A stretch of 64,000 nucleotides of DNA from Clostridiales bacterium (GCA_017513085.1 JAFWDK010000008.1:1-64000); one strand, 5' to 3'; positions 22,701 through 32,170 are shown, counted from the first letter of the stretch. The notes: generated from the letters alone by a model not told the origin. Numbers and translations: made by a program.

Positions 22701-22938
22701 CCAGATTTGTGGAAGGAATGTAAGAGAGATTCAGTCCGAGTCCCGAAGATGCAATACCATTTCTGTTTTGAGAAACCGAGACTTTCGGATAATCGGATCC
22801 CATACGGAATAATCCTAAGCTGACAAAAAGGAAAGACGAAATCAAAAGAAAAATAACGGAAACCGTAACCGCCGTAACAAACGGCCGTTTATGGACGCGT
22901 TCTTTTCGTGTAAACAGATTACGGATCCGACTGAACAT
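19753..22938 (-). CDS. Large membrane-anchored protein: propeller-like region, CBM-like sandwich, degenerate GH51-like barrel
   Basis: N-terminal TM; NLVWDASFE; SSSGGRLW and TTSNGTVF; WREYSFTF; YLCGSITEPYGKVRVDNG. Confidence 0.6.
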   Translation of the reverse strand: MFSRIRNLFTRKERVHKRPFVTAVTVSVIFLLISSFLFVSLGLFRMGSDYPKVSVSQNRNGIASSGLGLNLSYIPSTNLVWDASFENNYVEDVFSVAEAEGNSVFLHHSSSKIEKILQSYHKSGKLRIMAYDEDGRMNQILDAGVVDYSKNQLGIWKPMESEISRAEEVKKICSNDEYSAAIMANGDMITYIHTSTQFAIESPDENDPFVDSFSFGKRDYAVTRHGRFFSSSGGRLWSELGGNAEPNEDTDIRALTVIGQTVIACGGQGKVLVHEGNRVIEPKTGEESSFSTAVSDGKRALLCAENGTVLTTSNGTVFRALGQDELSCESEDSWILSSFDNGKITLLDAKGQMAIGSFDEEAQKWSFTRYTDSLEKNYSPKQLVCFSNGDVWMLTFGGYIYSYSFVENKWERLNDERNSEISAMGITSDENLLFVRKGTLYTSSLFTKVTIDREIGDALIQNGDVCYLTVAVPSMNQEGMSAWEVFGEDSVVQNAQNAPKTTGERSLHLFSSNPDVEKAHFVSQVISRDEVSPMKDKAFYHVRLWLKQGNLTGGRVMVWLSGLSESIGSTFTEVSSSWREYSFTFAWPSGYVPSEESQIRLNIGFYGSGELYCDGVRLEREGFSDSEIEPQLVKLLENNQPEYIRLDNLGFGKLGSTIQSNLLLNGNERLNIVGEHGVSGTGVISLESTLRLVKQVNANPWLVIDSAFSKEDSDVLLSYLCGSITEPYGKVRVDNGTAVPWARQFDRILIEVTDSNGLFETDMERGSYVDYVISLIRNSKYYVDIKDKIVLIDGMQYVGGTMNSQADYHASTLHISNDAANKEIQNGDLSSLLDSQYQDYQDAIPRIPASYIQETKGEWVSDLSVSIITRQVYDNEVITVEQPLTAANIARCMLEDLGEHTAFVTVDLPVSRLDGDADEDFFFARDDDRLQNRYTTSANMETAIHTVGVLHSISKGYRVDTNWTVPLSKTNEEGYQVELLSYAFTSNGNTYLIVVNPTPEQQQFLIEADVPVRDIEVFRYSANCKSIGLASTGNILRLNERRYTLQAGQICIAIIPSEEKT

Positions 22939-23783
22939 TACTGTTCTCCTTTACTTTCTACAGGCACTGTCATTTTCGATTTCTTATCCTGTTTCTTCTT
23001 GAACCGGATAAGCAGGATAACCATGATGATAAAAATCGGGATCGCCGCATACTCCACAACTTCCAGAATATACTGGATCACTTCTGAAGGATTGAACACT
23101 TCGTAGATCCCGCTTCCGACAAAATTAAAAAGCATATGCGTCGCGATAGACATGACCAGATTCTTCGAGACATAATACACGACGGCCAGTACGATTCCGC
23201 ATAAGAACGCATAGCCGATCTGGATCACCTGGCCATGCATGACGCCAAAACAAAAACCGCTCACAAGAATAGCCGGCACCGGGTGGCTTACCTGAAGCAT
23301 CCCTTGGAAAACCACGCCACGGAAGATCATCTCTTCCAGCACAGGGATCAGGAGACAACTCGAAAGAAGATTCAGAGCAACCGCCAGAGTTGAAGAAGAC
23401 GTCACTTCCATCATCTCATTATATTCACGCATGGATCGTTCAATGTACGGCGTATGGATATTATTGATGGCTGTAAAATACAATGCCGATATGCCCAGCA
23501 TCGCCAGCGCGGCAAAAACCGCCAACAACCAATCTTCCGACTTGCCTTTCGAGTACGGGATCTGCCCGAAACCATATTTTCTGTAGGCGCGGAACCATAA
23601 AAGACAAAGGATGATGCCGACTATACCTTCGAGAGTATAGATCGCATAGTCATACTTCATCACATCTTCTCCGGCAAAAGCACGCACCGTCTCAAGCGAG
23701 ATCGATATAAGAAGATAGTAAGCAATCATGCAGGCTAACGGAACTACGACATACTGAATGATGACCCGGCCGACTTTGCTCAT
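22938..23783 (-). CDS. CPBP/Abi (CAAX-protease-like) intramembrane metalloprotease
   Basis: PVLEEMIFRG, FGVMH, HMLFN. Confidence 0.92.
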   Translation of the reverse strand: MSKVGRVIIQYVVVPLACMIAYYLLISISLETVRAFAGEDVMKYDYAIYTLEGIVGIILCLLWFRAYRKYGFGQIPYSKGKSEDWLLAVFAALAMLGISALYFTAINNIHTPYIERSMREYNEMMEVTSSSTLAVALNLLSSCLLIPVLEEMIFRGVVFQGMLQVSHPVPAILVSGFCFGVMHGQVIQIGYAFLCGIVLAVVYYVSKNLVMSIATHMLFNFVGSGIYEVFNPSEVIQYILEVVEYAAIPIFIIMVILLIRFKKKQDKKSKMTVPVESKGEQ

Positions 23784-24184
23784 GACTCCTCCACATTACG
23801 TGGTCTCGCCTTCGGCGCACTGCGGACTTTTCTGGCGCTCTTATCCGATGCATACCTGCGCATGAAAACTGTAAACGCAGCTTCCAGCTCGCTTTCATTC
23901 TTGATCGAGTAGAAATACTGATCACCATTCTTGGCGTATTCCGTTCTCATGATCACCAGTTCCGGATCCGCATGATTTCCATCGTCCGGTTCATAGTTAT
24001 ACATCACTACGTATTCGATGTTCTCGATCGAAAACGTATCGATCATGGAAAGATAGTATTCCTTCCCGTTGGAAGCATCGCGGATAACAGCAAGCGCATC
24101 ACCCTCCTTCGGAGAATGATGCGTCGTTCTTGCATTACTTGCGATCTTGGATTTAGTTTTCTTCGTCTGAGTAGTCTTCTTCAT
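23780..24184 (-). CDS. Second DUF1292-like protein (start uncertain)
   Basis: DASNGKEYYL..DTFSIENIEYVV..ELVIMR..ELEAAFTVF. Confidence 0.7.
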   Translation of the reverse strand: MKKTTQTKKTKSKIASNARTTHHSPKEGDALAVIRDASNGKEYYLSMIDTFSIENIEYVVMYNYEPDDGNHADPELVIMRTEYAKNGDQYFYSIKNESELEAAFTVFMRRYASDKSARKVRSAPKARPRNVEES

Positions 24185-24515
24185 CTTCAAGCTCTGCCTC
24201 ATCGCAAAGACGGTCGTATTCAGCATAGATCTCATCTGCTTCCGACTCATCAAGGCTCATCAGACCTTCTTCGCCGTTCTCCATCGTCACAACCTTGGTA
24301 ATGACCATTTCCGGCTCTTCCTCATCGGTAGTAACCAGTACGCAATAGGACTGATCCTTATATTCGAAATCATCCACCAAAGCAAACTGATACTCTTCGC
24401 CACTATCTGCATCGATCATCGTAATGATTGCTTCGTCCTCATTCATGCACTCTTCCGAGCCTTCTGCGCAGTTCAAATTGCAATCATCACAATTCTTTTC
24501 ACAATTAAATAACAT
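24153..24515 (-). CDS. DUF1292 (YrzB-like) acidic protein with N-terminal Cys cluster
   Basis: ITMIDADSGEEYQF..DDFEYKDQSYCVL; canonical position after ruvX. Confidence 0.85.
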   Translation of the reverse strand: MLFNCEKNCDDCNLNCAEGSEECMNEDEAIITMIDADSGEEYQFALVDDFEYKDQSYCVLVTTDEEEPEMVITKVVTMENGEEGLMSLDESEADEIYAEYDRLCDEAELEDEEDYSDEEN

Positions 24516-24579
24516 AAAGCACCTCCGTTACTGTTTCGTCTTGCAACGAATAAATTATTATACCATGAATATCCCCGCT

Positions 24580-24999
24580 TTAGCGATGCATATCCAAATA
24601 TTCCTGTAAGATGATCTCCGCGGCTACCTGGTCAACGACTTTCTTCTTATTTTTCCCTGAAACACCAGTTGTCCGAAGATATTGGGATGCGATCACCGTG
24701 GTGAAGCGCTCATCACGGAAAACAGGTTCGATTCCGACTCTCTGACTAAGTTCGGCTCCAAAAGCAACCGCCTTTTCTTCGGATTCACTGACTGTACCAT
24801 CCGTACGGCTCGGCTTACCCAGCACGATGGTAGTCACCTGTTTCTCCTCTACGATCTGAGAAAGTCTTGTCAATGCGTATTCACTGTCCTGACCATTCCA
24901 GGAAATCGTTTCAAAACCCTGTGCCATGATACCGAGCGGATCACTGAGCGCTACCCCGATCCTTCTCGTACCAAAATCAATCGCCATGACTCGACCCAT
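24580..24999 (-). CDS. ruvX: RuvX/YqgF/YrrK (pre-16S rRNA nuclease / Holliday junction resolvase-like)
   Basis: AIDFGTRRIGVALSD, DERFTT, VDQVAAEIILQ. Confidence 0.95.
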   Translation of the reverse strand: MGRVMAIDFGTRRIGVALSDPLGIMAQGFETISWNGQDSEYALTRLSQIVEEKQVTTIVLGKPSRTDGTVSESEEKAVAFGAELSQRVGIEPVFRDERFTTVIASQYLRTTGVSGKNKKKVVDQVAAEIILQEYLDMHR

Positions 25000-25024
25000 C
25001 GACGTACACTTCTCCTAAAAACTC

Positions 25025-25285
25025 TTACTCGTCCGCCAGACGCTCGCAGTAATCGCGCACGATCACCTCGAGGAGCTCATCTCTCTCCATACGGCGGATG
25101 ATGCCTCTGGCTCCCTTATAATTGGTAATGTAAGTCGGATCACCGGACATAAAATAACCCACCAGCTGGTTGATCGGATTATATCCCTTCTCCTGTAATG
25201 CATCGAGAACCTGCATCATAAGTTCCTTCGCATCCTCGGAGCGATCCATATTAAAAGAAAATCTAGCTGTGCCCGAATCCTGCAT
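25025..25285 (-). CDS. ireB: IreB/ReoM (UPF0297) regulatory phosphoprotein
   Basis: [26 protein letters not shown]. Confidence 0.95.
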   Translation of the reverse strand: MQDSGTARFSFNMDRSEDAKELMMQVLDALQEKGYNPINQLVGYFMSGDPTYITNYKGARGIIRRMERDELLEVIVRDYCERLADE

Positions 25286-25396
25286 TGTCGACGCACCTCC
25301 TTCATTTAAACATCCACATCAATGGATATATTCTACCACACAAAAAATCAATAAATCACAAGAATATTGTAACAAAAATCAAAATTTCTGAAAACT

Positions 25397-26710
25397 CTAA
25401 GAGCCCGTCACTGGAAAACCCTTGCCGCGCAGCGTAAAGCCGTCTGCGGATCCCACCCTGCACGAGAGCAAAATGCCGGGTTTCAGGCAGTCGCTATCGC
25501 AAGTACCCAAAACACGGATATACTCCCTGCAATATCCTTCGAAAAGTCCCGGCTCAGGCACTTTTTCCACGAGTACTTCCACCTCTGCCCCGACCATTTC
25601 ACGGGCTCTTTCCGCTTCCATAACATCCGATATTTCACGAAGCTCCGCAGTCCTTCGGTTCTTCACGGAAGGATCCACCTGGTCAGGCATAGAAAACGCT
25701 TTGGTACCTTCGCGCGGAGAAAACGGAAAAACATGGATATGCGTGAATCCGATCTCTTTGGCAAAGGCACAGGACTCCTTATGCTCCTCCTCCGTCTCAC
25801 CCGGAAAGCCGCAGATCATATCAGTAGTAAAGCTCGCCGTCGGAAAAGCACTTCTCAGTTTCCGTACCACTTCCCGGAAAAGTTCAGTGTCATATTTCCT
25901 GTTCATTCTTTTCAGCACCGAATCTGATCCGCTTTGAAGTGAAAGATGGAAATGCGGACATATCTTACCATTATCTCTGAGCATACCGATCAGCTCATCG
26001 GTCATGGAATATGGCTCCAACGACCCAAGTCGGATGCGCTCCACACCATCAATACCGGCCACTTCAGAAAGCAGCTCACCCAGAGCCGAAGGCCCATGCC
26101 CCAGTTCTTTTTCATAAGAACAAAGATGAATACCTGTAATGACGAACTCGCTATACCCCTTGCCCGCCAGATCCCGGATCTCTTCCAGCACAGCTTCACG
26201 GCTCCGGCTTCTTACCCGGCCGCGGGAATAAGGGATGATACAGTAGGTGCAAAAATTATTGCATCCATCCTCGATCTTTACGACCGCACGTGTTCCCTCC
26301 TGAAGAAGCACCGCACCATACTCAAAGAAACGCCCGCCTGCATCATAAAGATCATTTTCTTTTTCCGCGCTTCGTATCTGCAGTCTCTCCAAAAGAAGCG
26401 GCACGAGTTTCGGGCGATCACTGGTGCCTACCGTGATGTCCGCGCCCTCTTCATCTTTACACATTTCCGTATGACAGCCCATCGCCACAACGATTGCGGA
26501 CGGGGCAACTCTTCTGGCTTTGCGGATCATCTGCCTCGATTTTCTGTCAGCTTCAGCAGTAACAGCGCATGTGTTCACGACATACACATCGCATTGCGAA
26601 GGATCCTGCGTCTCTTCAAAACCCTCGCCGGATAAAAGTTTGGCAATGGCCGCACTCTCATATGAATTCACTTTGCAGCCCAATGTCAGAAAGAAAACTT
26701 TGTATGCCAT
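25397..26710 (-). CDS. mtaB: tRNA t6A37 methylthiotransferase (radical SAM)
   Basis: TLGCKVNSYES, NTCAVTAEADRKSRQ, GCNNFCTYCIIP, HLSLQSG, TRAM domain. Confidence 0.93.
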   Translation of the reverse strand: MAYKVFFLTLGCKVNSYESAAIAKLLSGEGFEETQDPSQCDVYVVNTCAVTAEADRKSRQMIRKARRVAPSAIVVAMGCHTEMCKDEEGADITVGTSDRPKLVPLLLERLQIRSAEKENDLYDAGGRFFEYGAVLLQEGTRAVVKIEDGCNNFCTYCIIPYSRGRVRSRSREAVLEEIRDLAGKGYSEFVITGIHLCSYEKELGHGPSALGELLSEVAGIDGVERIRLGSLEPYSMTDELIGMLRDNGKICPHFHLSLQSGSDSVLKRMNRKYDTELFREVVRKLRSAFPTASFTTDMICGFPGETEEEHKESCAFAKEIGFTHIHVFPFSPREGTKAFSMPDQVDPSVKNRRTAELREISDVMEAERAREMVGAEVEVLVEKVPEPGLFEGYCREYIRVLGTCDSDCLKPGILLSCRVGSADGFTLRGKGFPVTGS

Positions 26711-26795
26711 AAACAACCTCACGTCGTAAAATCGAGACTATTATACCCATATTCACGGAAGTTTCATAGCATCGAAAAGTTTTCTTTCGACATCG

Positions 26796-26823
26796 TTGAC
26801 ATCCAAAACACCTGTGATAAACT
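26796..26823 (+). promoter_or_regulatory. Sigma-A promoter of the HPr-like gene
   Basis: TTGACA-16nt-TAAACT with extended TG. Confidence 0.6.
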
Positions 26824-26856
26824 ATTCCCATACGTTAATAGTCAAGGAGGAGCAAT

Positions 26857-27093
26857 ATGGTTCGCTTTCCAATCCGTTTTCAGTCCATCTCCGATGTGAA
26901 GGAGTTTGTACAGATAGTTAATTCCTATCCGTATGATGTTGATCTGTCATCCGGCCGTTACGTCGTAGATGCAAAATCGATCATGGGTATCTTCAGCCTT
27001 GAGCTCCAGAGCGCCATTAACCTTGAGATCCACAGCAACACTTGCGACGATCTGGTCGAAGCATTGGCTCCTTTCCGCACTGACGATCAGTAA
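26857..27093 (+). CDS. HPr-family phosphocarrier-like protein (Ser46 motif kept, no His15)
   Basis: VVDAKSIMGIFSL. Confidence 0.88.
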   Translation: MVRFPIRFQSISDVKEFVQIVNSYPYDVDLSSGRYVVDAKSIMGIFSLELQSAINLEIHSNTCDDLVEALAPFRTDDQ

Positions 27094-27140
27094 TCTTTCC
27101 GAAGATCACCCCGACGGGAACCGAAAATCAAGATAAAGCG

Positions 27141-27168
27141 AAGGACTACCATCAAGGTAGTCCTTTTT
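27141..27168. terminator. Terminator between the convergent HPr-like gene and rnr
   Basis: AAGGACTACC-ATCAA-GGTAGTCCTTTTT. Confidence 0.85.
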
Positions 27169-27170
27169 GA

Positions 27171-29012
27171 TTATTCAACAAGATTGAAATCGATATGGTG
27201 CATCAGCGGATCCGCCGCAACGGCTTTCACTCGAAGTTTCTGCCCGATCCGGTACACCGTTCCCCGCGACCCCCTCGCTTCAAGTTTCTGCTCATCGAAA
27301 ACAAAGTATTCGTTAATAGAATGAAAAGCCACCATTCCTTCTATAGTATTCTCCAACTGTACAAAGATACCGGCATTGCAGGCACCGGATACCACAGCAT
27401 CAAACTCCTCACCCAAACGTTCCTGCATATACTGCGCGCACTTGTAATCCACCGAAGCTCTCTCGGCATCCGCACTGTTCCTTTCCATCTCGGAACTGTG
27501 ATACGCCACCTCAGCAACCAATTTGGCAAAGTGATCCTTCTGGTGCTTCTGGTGCAGGAAACTCTTGATGATCCGGTGAATATACAAGTCAGGATAACGA
27601 CGGATCGGCGAAGTAAAATGGCAGTAGAATTTCGAAGCCAAACCGAAATGGCCGCAGTTCATCTCGGAATACTTTGCTTTGGCCATGCTTCGGAGCAAAA
27701 GCTGATTTAAAGCCGGCGCACACTCCCGATCCTTGATCTCTTCCAACACCTCGCTTAAGAACTTCGGCGTAACTTTTCCGGAAGGTCTTTTATGCACACC
27801 GAAAAGCCGTGCGACATGCAGGAATTCCGCAATCTTCATATCATCCGGTTCCTCATGGATACGGTAGACAAACGGATATTCCATCTTGTTAAAGCGCTCC
27901 GCGATCGCTTCATTTGCTGCGATCATAAACTCTTCGATCACACCATGGATCTCATTGATCGGATAAGCATACACATCCACAGGCTTTCCCTCGGAATCAA
28001 GTTCAACATGCGTCTCCGGGAAAACAAAATCGATGTTTCCGCGCAATCTCCGCTTCTCCTTCAGGATCCGCTTCAGATCCAGCATAGTCTGAAACATTCC
28101 CTTAAGGTTCTTATACTCTTCGATCTCTTCATTCTCAAAAAGCACCCGGTTGACTTCGTTATATGAGGTTCTTGCATTACTCTCGATCAGACTCTCATAT
28201 ACGGAATCCTCGATAATATTTCCGGAACCGTCGATAACCATTTCACAAGTCAGACAGAAACGCGGCACATGCGGATTCAAACTGCAAAGTCCATTGGAAA
28301 GCTTCGGTGGAAGCATCGGAATAACACGATCCACAAGATACACGGAAGTTCCGCGCAGGGCCGCCTCTCTATCAAGTGCCGTCCCCTCACGGACATATTC
28401 AGAAACATCGGCGATATGCACCCACAAACGGTACCGGCCATGATCAAGCTTGGCAATAGAGATCGCGTCGTCAAGGTCTTTGGCCTCTTCACCATCGATC
28501 GTAATGGTCGTAAGATGGCGAAGATCCTTTCTTCCCTGCAGCAAAGCCTCCTCAATCGTCTTATCCTCAGGAGTCAGCGGAAGATCCTGTACTTCTTCCT
28601 GTACCGGAACCGGGAACGAAGAAGACAGTCCAAACTGCCGAAGTATCGACAGCATCGCCACATCGTTGTTTCCGGGATCTCCCAGCACCTCGATAATCCT
28701 GCCCTCGTAATCACCCTTCTTCGCACTCGGATTCAAGATCTCACAGACGACTTTCATACCGAACGGCGCACCATTCTGCTGATTCTTACGGATAATAATA
28801 CGTCCATATGTGGATGACGGATAGCCGGGATCCGGAACCACCACACCATTATCGATACCTTTCTGAAGGATGCCCACGCACTGGTTTTCCAAAGCCTGCG
28901 GTCCTCTCGGCGCCGTGTCCGCCACAGTAATTTCACGCTCCTGCGGATGCTTGACCAGATTTTTGCTCGCCACCGGGCGAATCTTCATATGTTTTCTCTT
29001 TTGTCTGCCCAT
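27171..29012 (-). CDS. rnr: Ribonuclease R
   Basis: TIDGEEAKDLDDA, HIADVS, RGTSVY, IEEFMIAAN, HFTSPIRRYPDL, S1 domain. Confidence 0.95.
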   Translation of the reverse strand: MGRQKRKHMKIRPVASKNLVKHPQEREITVADTAPRGPQALENQCVGILQKGIDNGVVVPDPGYPSSTYGRIIIRKNQQNGAPFGMKVVCEILNPSAKKGDYEGRIIEVLGDPGNNDVAMLSILRQFGLSSSFPVPVQEEVQDLPLTPEDKTIEEALLQGRKDLRHLTTITIDGEEAKDLDDAISIAKLDHGRYRLWVHIADVSEYVREGTALDREAALRGTSVYLVDRVIPMLPPKLSNGLCSLNPHVPRFCLTCEMVIDGSGNIIEDSVYESLIESNARTSYNEVNRVLFENEEIEEYKNLKGMFQTMLDLKRILKEKRRLRGNIDFVFPETHVELDSEGKPVDVYAYPINEIHGVIEEFMIAANEAIAERFNKMEYPFVYRIHEEPDDMKIAEFLHVARLFGVHKRPSGKVTPKFLSEVLEEIKDRECAPALNQLLLRSMAKAKYSEMNCGHFGLASKFYCHFTSPIRRYPDLYIHRIIKSFLHQKHQKDHFAKLVAEVAYHSSEMERNSADAERASVDYKCAQYMQERLGEEFDAVVSGACNAGIFVQLENTIEGMVAFHSINEYFVFDEQKLEARGSRGTVYRIGQKLRVKAVAADPLMHHIDFNLVE

Positions 29013-29034
29013 ATTTCCCTCCACATACTATGCG

Positions 29035-29072
29035 AAAAAAAGGGCTGAAGTCCGATTCGAACTTTAGCCCTT
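29035..29072 (-). terminator. Terminator between secG and rnr
   Basis: AAAAAAAGGGCTGAAGT..ACTTTAGCCCTT. Confidence 0.7.
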
Positions 29073-29101
29073 GGTTTACATCTGTAAATGTTTTTTCCGG
29101 A

Positions 29102-29353
29102 TCAGAAGCCTCTTGCCAAGATCAGGAAAAGAACTACGGTCAAAACAGCAAACAGAATTGCGACAAGCAATGTGATCTTCTTCAACTTCTCGTCAAGAGT
29201 TCTGCCCTTTGACTTCTCATAGAAAGAATTCGTGCCGCTGCCACCGACAACGCCCATACCCTGGTCATTACCCTCCTGGGACATAACCAGAATGATCAAA
29301 GCGATGCAAACTATAATATCTACGCATGTAAGTACAATTGCTAATGTATTCAT
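29102..29353 (-). CDS. secG: Preprotein translocase subunit SecG
   Basis: Two TMs, VMSQEG..GVVGG..KGRTLDEKL; upstream of rnr. Confidence 0.92.
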   Translation of the reverse strand: MNTLAIVLTCVDIIVCIALIILVMSQEGNDQGMGVVGGSGTNSFYEKSKGRTLDEKLKKITLLVAILFAVLTVVLFLILARGF

Positions 29354-29428
29354 TATATCAGCCTCCAAGACTGTTCTCAAATATTTTAACTGTTAGATAT
29401 TAACACAAGACATTCGCAGAATCAACTG

Positions 29429-32170
29429 TTATTTTTGTTTCTTGAATAACTTGTGGATCTCGCTGGCAGCAAACGGAATAAGTGCCAGAAGAACGATCGG
29501 GATCCAAAGAAGCGGATTGAGTGCCACATTATCAAAGATATGGTTCACACCCGGGATATAGATGACTGCCATAAGCAGCGCGATGGAACCCATCACCGAG
29601 ATATTCATGAAACGGTTGGAGAAAAGGCCGAGTTTAAAGACACTGACCTTCTCGGAACGTGCACTGTACGCACGGAAAAGCTCTGCCAGGATCAAAGTGG
29701 CAAATGCCATGGTCCTTGCTCCCTCGATCGGGGCGGCAGCATCTTTAAAGAACACTGTCAAACCAAGGATAAAGGATGTAAAGACTGTAGCAAAGATTGC
29801 CAGGCTCTGTACGAGAATATTGATCTTCATGGACTTGTTGATGATCGATTCCGATTTCTTTCTCGGCTTCTCGTTCATAATACCGGGCTCGCCCTTCTCA
29901 CGTCCCAGCGCCAGAGCCGGGAAGCTGTCCGTTACAAGATTCAGCCACAACAGCTGGATCGCGGTAAGCGGAGTAGCAATATTTGCGACAAGGCTTGTCG
30001 GGATCAAGGAGATCAGGAAGATGATTAGGATCTCACCTACATTACAGGAAAGCAGGAAGCCGACAAACTTACGGATATTGCTGTAGATCACACGCCCTTC
30101 TTCCACAGCGGAAACGATCGTTGCGAAGTTATCGTCCATAAGGATCATATCCGCAGAATTCTTTGCAACGTCCGTACCGGTAATACCCATAGCAACGCCG
30201 ATGTCTGCAGACTTCAGCGCCATAGCGTCATTTACACCGTCACCGGTCATGGAAGCGATATGGTCATTTTTCCGAAGCGCGGTAACGATACGTACCTTGT
30301 GATCCGGAGAAACACGGGCATATACATTAGTCGTCTCGCACACTGTTTCGAAATCCTTATCAGAAACTTTATCCAGTTCCGCGCCGGAAAGACTTCCGGA
30401 ATTCTCATCCATCATACCCAGATCATTGGCGATCGCAACAGCCGTATCTTTATAGTCACCGGTGATCATTACCGCACGGATACCGGCTTTGCGGCATACC
30501 GCCATAGCATCCTTAACTTCGGTTCTTGCCGGATCGATCATACCGACCAGACCCAGGAAGCACATATCCTTCTCGTGTTCAAAATCGGCTTCGATCTCTG
30601 TTTTTCCTTCAAAAGAACGATAAGCAAAAGCCAGAACGCGAAGTGCTGTCGTCGCATATCCATGATTGATCTCGGAGATCTTCTTTCTTAATTCTTCCGT
30701 CATCGGAACATTCTTTTCACCGTCAAAATACTCGACACAGCGATCCAGAACGATATCCGGCGCACCCTTGGTAAAAGAAACGATCGCGCCTTCAATAATA
30801 TTCGGATGATAAGTAGTCATCATCTTTCTGTCCGAATCAAAAGGAAGTTCCGCAATACGCGGGAAATTCTTATTGGTTTCTTCTTTCGGAAGTCCGGACT
30901 TAGCGCCCAGAGCAATCAAAGCCGCTTCTGTCGGGTCACCGATGCAGGAATATCTGCCGTCTTCTCCCTTAGGTGTTACCGCGTCACTACAGAGGACGCA
31001 GGACTGGAGAAGTCTTGTCAGGCGCGCATTAAGCTCCACTTTATTACCGGAAGCATCCTGGATCTGTCCTTCCGGAGCATAACCGATACCGGTAACATCC
31101 AAAGAATCCTGACCGTCGAATACTTTACGGACAGTCATCTCGTTCTGTGTAAGAGTACCAGTCTTGTCAGTACAGATCACATCCACACATCCGAGTGTCT
31201 CAACAGCAAGAAGACGACGTACGATCGCTTTCCGGCTGGCCATCTTTGTCATGCCCAAAGCAAGCACGATCGTTACAACAGCCGCAAGACCTTCAGGAAT
31301 AGCTGCCACGGCAAGGCTGATCGCTGTCATCAGGCCGTCTTCCCAAGGCTGACCCTGGACCAGAACATTCACCACGAAAACGATCACGCAGACGATCACA
31401 CAAACGACGCCAAGGATCTTTCCGAGTTTAGTAAGGTTCTTCTGAAGCGGAGTTTCTTCATCGTCAATGTTGGAAAGACGATTGGCGATCTTACCCAATT
31501 CCGTATTTCCACCGGTCTCCACAACAACACCACGGGCACGGCCATATGTTACCGCAGTACCCATATACAGCATATTCTTGCGATCACCTAAACCGCAATC
31601 CACATCCAAAACCACTTCTGCGTCTTTATCGACAGGAACGGACTCACCGGTAAGAGAAGCTTCTTCAACCTTAAGCGAGCTGGCTTCCATTAATCGGATA
31701 TCGGCAGCGATCAGGTCACCGGCATCAAGAACCACTACATCACCGGGAACCAGTTTATCAGAGTCGATCATTTTCTGGATATTATCACGAACGACCTTAG
31801 CCTGAGGCGAACTCATTTTTTTCAGAGCAGCAATCGCTTCATCGGCTTTACCCTCCTGATAAACACCCAGGATCGCATTGATAATAACAATGGCAAGGAT
31901 AACGATAACATCGATCCATCCTTCAAATCCGCCCTCACGAACAGCCATGACAGCAGAAAGGACAGCCGCCGCGATGAGAATGATGACCATCGCATCTGCA
32001 AACTGTCCGAGGAAACGCTTCCACAGCGGAGTCTTTTTTTCTTCGCCCAAAGAGTTCGGGCCGTACTTGACCAGGCGGGCTTCTGCTTCGCTTTGCGACA
32101 AACCACTCTTCACGTTTGTCTTAAGCTCGTCGATCACACTTTCTTTCTTCATTGAAAACGGATGATTCAT
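29429..32170 (-). CDS. P-type IIA (Ca2+-translocating-type) ATPase
   Basis: LTGES, IPEGL, DKTGTLT, KGAPD, MITGD, TGDGVND. Confidence 0.95.
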   Translation of the reverse strand: MNHPFSMKKESVIDELKTNVKSGLSQSEAEARLVKYGPNSLGEEKKTPLWKRFLGQFADAMVIILIAAAVLSAVMAVREGGFEGWIDVIVILAIVIINAILGVYQEGKADEAIAALKKMSSPQAKVVRDNIQKMIDSDKLVPGDVVVLDAGDLIAADIRLMEASSLKVEEASLTGESVPVDKDAEVVLDVDCGLGDRKNMLYMGTAVTYGRARGVVVETGGNTELGKIANRLSNIDDEETPLQKNLTKLGKILGVVCVIVCVIVFVVNVLVQGQPWEDGLMTAISLAVAAIPEGLAAVVTIVLALGMTKMASRKAIVRRLLAVETLGCVDVICTDKTGTLTQNEMTVRKVFDGQDSLDVTGIGYAPEGQIQDASGNKVELNARLTRLLQSCVLCSDAVTPKGEDGRYSCIGDPTEAALIALGAKSGLPKEETNKNFPRIAELPFDSDRKMMTTYHPNIIEGAIVSFTKGAPDIVLDRCVEYFDGEKNVPMTEELRKKISEINHGYATTALRVLAFAYRSFEGKTEIEADFEHEKDMCFLGLVGMIDPARTEVKDAMAVCRKAGIRAVMITGDYKDTAVAIANDLGMMDENSGSLSGAELDKVSDKDFETVCETTNVYARVSPDHKVRIVTALRKNDHIASMTGDGVNDAMALKSADIGVAMGITGTDVAKNSADMILMDDNFATIVSAVEEGRVIYSNIRKFVGFLLSCNVGEILIIFLISLIPTSLVANIATPLTAIQLLWLNLVTDSFPALALGREKGEPGIMNEKPRKKSESIINKSMKINILVQSLAIFATVFTSFILGLTVFFKDAAAPIEGARTMAFATLILAELFRAYSARSEKVSVFKLGLFSNRFMNISVMGSIALLMAVIYIPGVNHIFDNVALNPLLWIPIVLLALIPFAASEIHKLFKKQK

